In this document: positions 23,294 to 24,000 of the stretch, one piece after another
Layout: every line of letters begins with the position of its first letter
How positions within the stretch are numbered: position 1 is the first letter of the stretch
NCBI GenBank assembly: GCA_012719745.1
Contig: JAAXZS010000189.1
Location: forward strand, 2,480-26,479
Source: Clostridiales bacterium
GTDB taxonomy: Bacteria; Bacillota; Clostridia; Oscillospirales; Oscillospiraceae
Direction: 5' to 3'
Length of the DNA stretch: 24,000 bases
Position numbers and translations under genes: made by a program
Notes under the pieces: model-generated
Databases searched by the model: none
Told to the model about the DNA's origin: nothing
What the model saw: the letters and a program-made list of their open reading frames with translations, nothing else

Positions 23294-24000
23294 TCAGTAC
23301 CAGCCGACCTCTTCCTTTCGTTCCCGAGTCATGAGTCGTCCCACCATATCCTGTGGATCAGCGCCGTGGTACAGAACATCGTATACCGCATCGCAGATGG
23401 GCAGCTCCATATGGAGGCTTCCGGAGAGCTCCTTGACGCTTTGCGCCGCATAATAGCCCTCTACCACCTCGCCAATCTCCTCCACCGCCTGCTGGGGGCT
23501 TTTCCCCTGCCCGATCAGAATGCCGGCCCGGCGATTGCGAGAGTGCATGGAGGTGCAGGTCACGATCAGATCACCCATGCCGGCGAGGCCCGAGAAGGTG
23601 AGGGCTGTACCGCCCATGGCGTGTCCCAGCCGGGTCATTTCCAGCATGGAGCGGGTCAGCAGCAGGGCTTTCGTGTTGTCGCCGTGTCCCATGCCATCGC
23701 TGATGCCGCAGCAGAGAGCCACCACGTTTTTCATAGCACCGCAAATCTCCACACCCACCATGTCGGGGCTGGTATATACGCGGAAATACTCATTCATAAA
23801 GGTATTCTGCACCAACTCCGCCATAGTCTTATCCTGGCAGGCCGCCACGCAGCCGGTAGGCTGCCGAAGGGAGACCTCCTCCGCGTGGGAGGGGCCCGAC
23901 AGGACCACGATGGGACAGATATCCTTTGTCTCTTCCTCAATAATCTGGGACAGACGCAGATGAGTTTCCTTCTCGATCCCCTTGGAAACAGAAACCAGCG
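23294..24000 (-). CDS. gpsA: NAD(P)H-dependent glycerol-3-phosphate dehydrogenase (5' end beyond the window)
   Basis: The reverse-strand frame is open to the window edge: ...SKGIEKETHLRLSQIIEEE...VVLSGPSHAEEV...FRVYTSPDMVGVEICGAMKNVVALCCGISDGMGHGDNTKALLLTR...GMGDLIVTCTSMHSRNRRAG... These are the GpsA signature blocks. The 'M' at 23908 in the track is an internal GTG (Val). Confidence 0.9.
   Translation of the reverse strand, partial: LVSVSKGIEKETHLRLSQIIEEETKDICPIVVLSGPSHAEEVSLRQPTGCVAACQDKTMAELVQNTFMNEYFRVYTSPDMVGVEICGAMKNVVALCCGISDGMGHGDNTKALLLTRSMLEMTRLGHAMGGTALTFSGLAGMGDLIVTCTSMHSRNRRAGILIGQGKSPQQAVEEIGEVVEGYYAAQSVKELSGSLHMELPICDAVYDVLYHGADPQDMVGRLMTRERKEEVGWY

Noticed and set aside
1-24000. 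CRISPR arrays, rRNA genes, IS elements with terminal inverted repeats, toxin-antitoxin pairs or known defence systems
   Set aside because: No regularly spaced repeats, no rRNA-like sequence, no transposase ORFs, and no recognisable defence-gene motifs were seen on either strand.

Overview
The window looks like chromosomal DNA from a Clostridia-like Firmicute. This is inferred from gene content, AGGAGG-type RBSs and TTGACA/TATAAT promoters; no database search was possible. All homology calls are motif recognition by eye or from memory.

Layout, left to right:
(1) rex on the minus strand, running off the left edge, with a divergent promoter region.
(2) A tRNA-Arg(CCG) gene preceded by an orphan copy of its own 5' half.
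(3) A decayed ~2 kb integrated-element scar. It holds a truncated tyrosine integrase abutting a truncated large serine recombinase head-to-head, plus an AT-rich block, all bracketed by ~51-bp imperfect direct repeats.
(4) Small accessory genes (Pol-beta-type nucleotidyltransferase, flavodoxin-like protein, small membrane protein), then htpG and a uridine-kinase-family P-loop protein.
(5) A c-di-GMP / quorum-sensing block. It starts with a 1652-aa REC-GGDEF(degenerate)-EAL-REC-GGDEF-multi-PAS protein. A five-gene operon follows: DUF5317-like membrane protein, polytopic membrane protein, agrB, a 41-codon agrD absent from the ORF track, and a 6-TM GGDEF/HD-GYP gene. That last gene is split by a frameshifting deletion that removes the GGDEF motif.
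(6) Convergent BaiN/HI0933-family flavoprotein and ruvX.
(7) The conserved rpmG-secE-nusG-rplK-rplA-(L10 leader)-rplJ-rplL cluster, followed by a DUF554 membrane protein instead of rpoBC, and a convergent partial gpsA.

The most interesting candidate is the agrBD peptide-pheromone cassette. It has no AgrC/AgrA partner in the window and is instead co-operonic with a membrane GGDEF/HD-GYP protein, which suggests peptide quorum sensing wired to c-di-GMP turnover.
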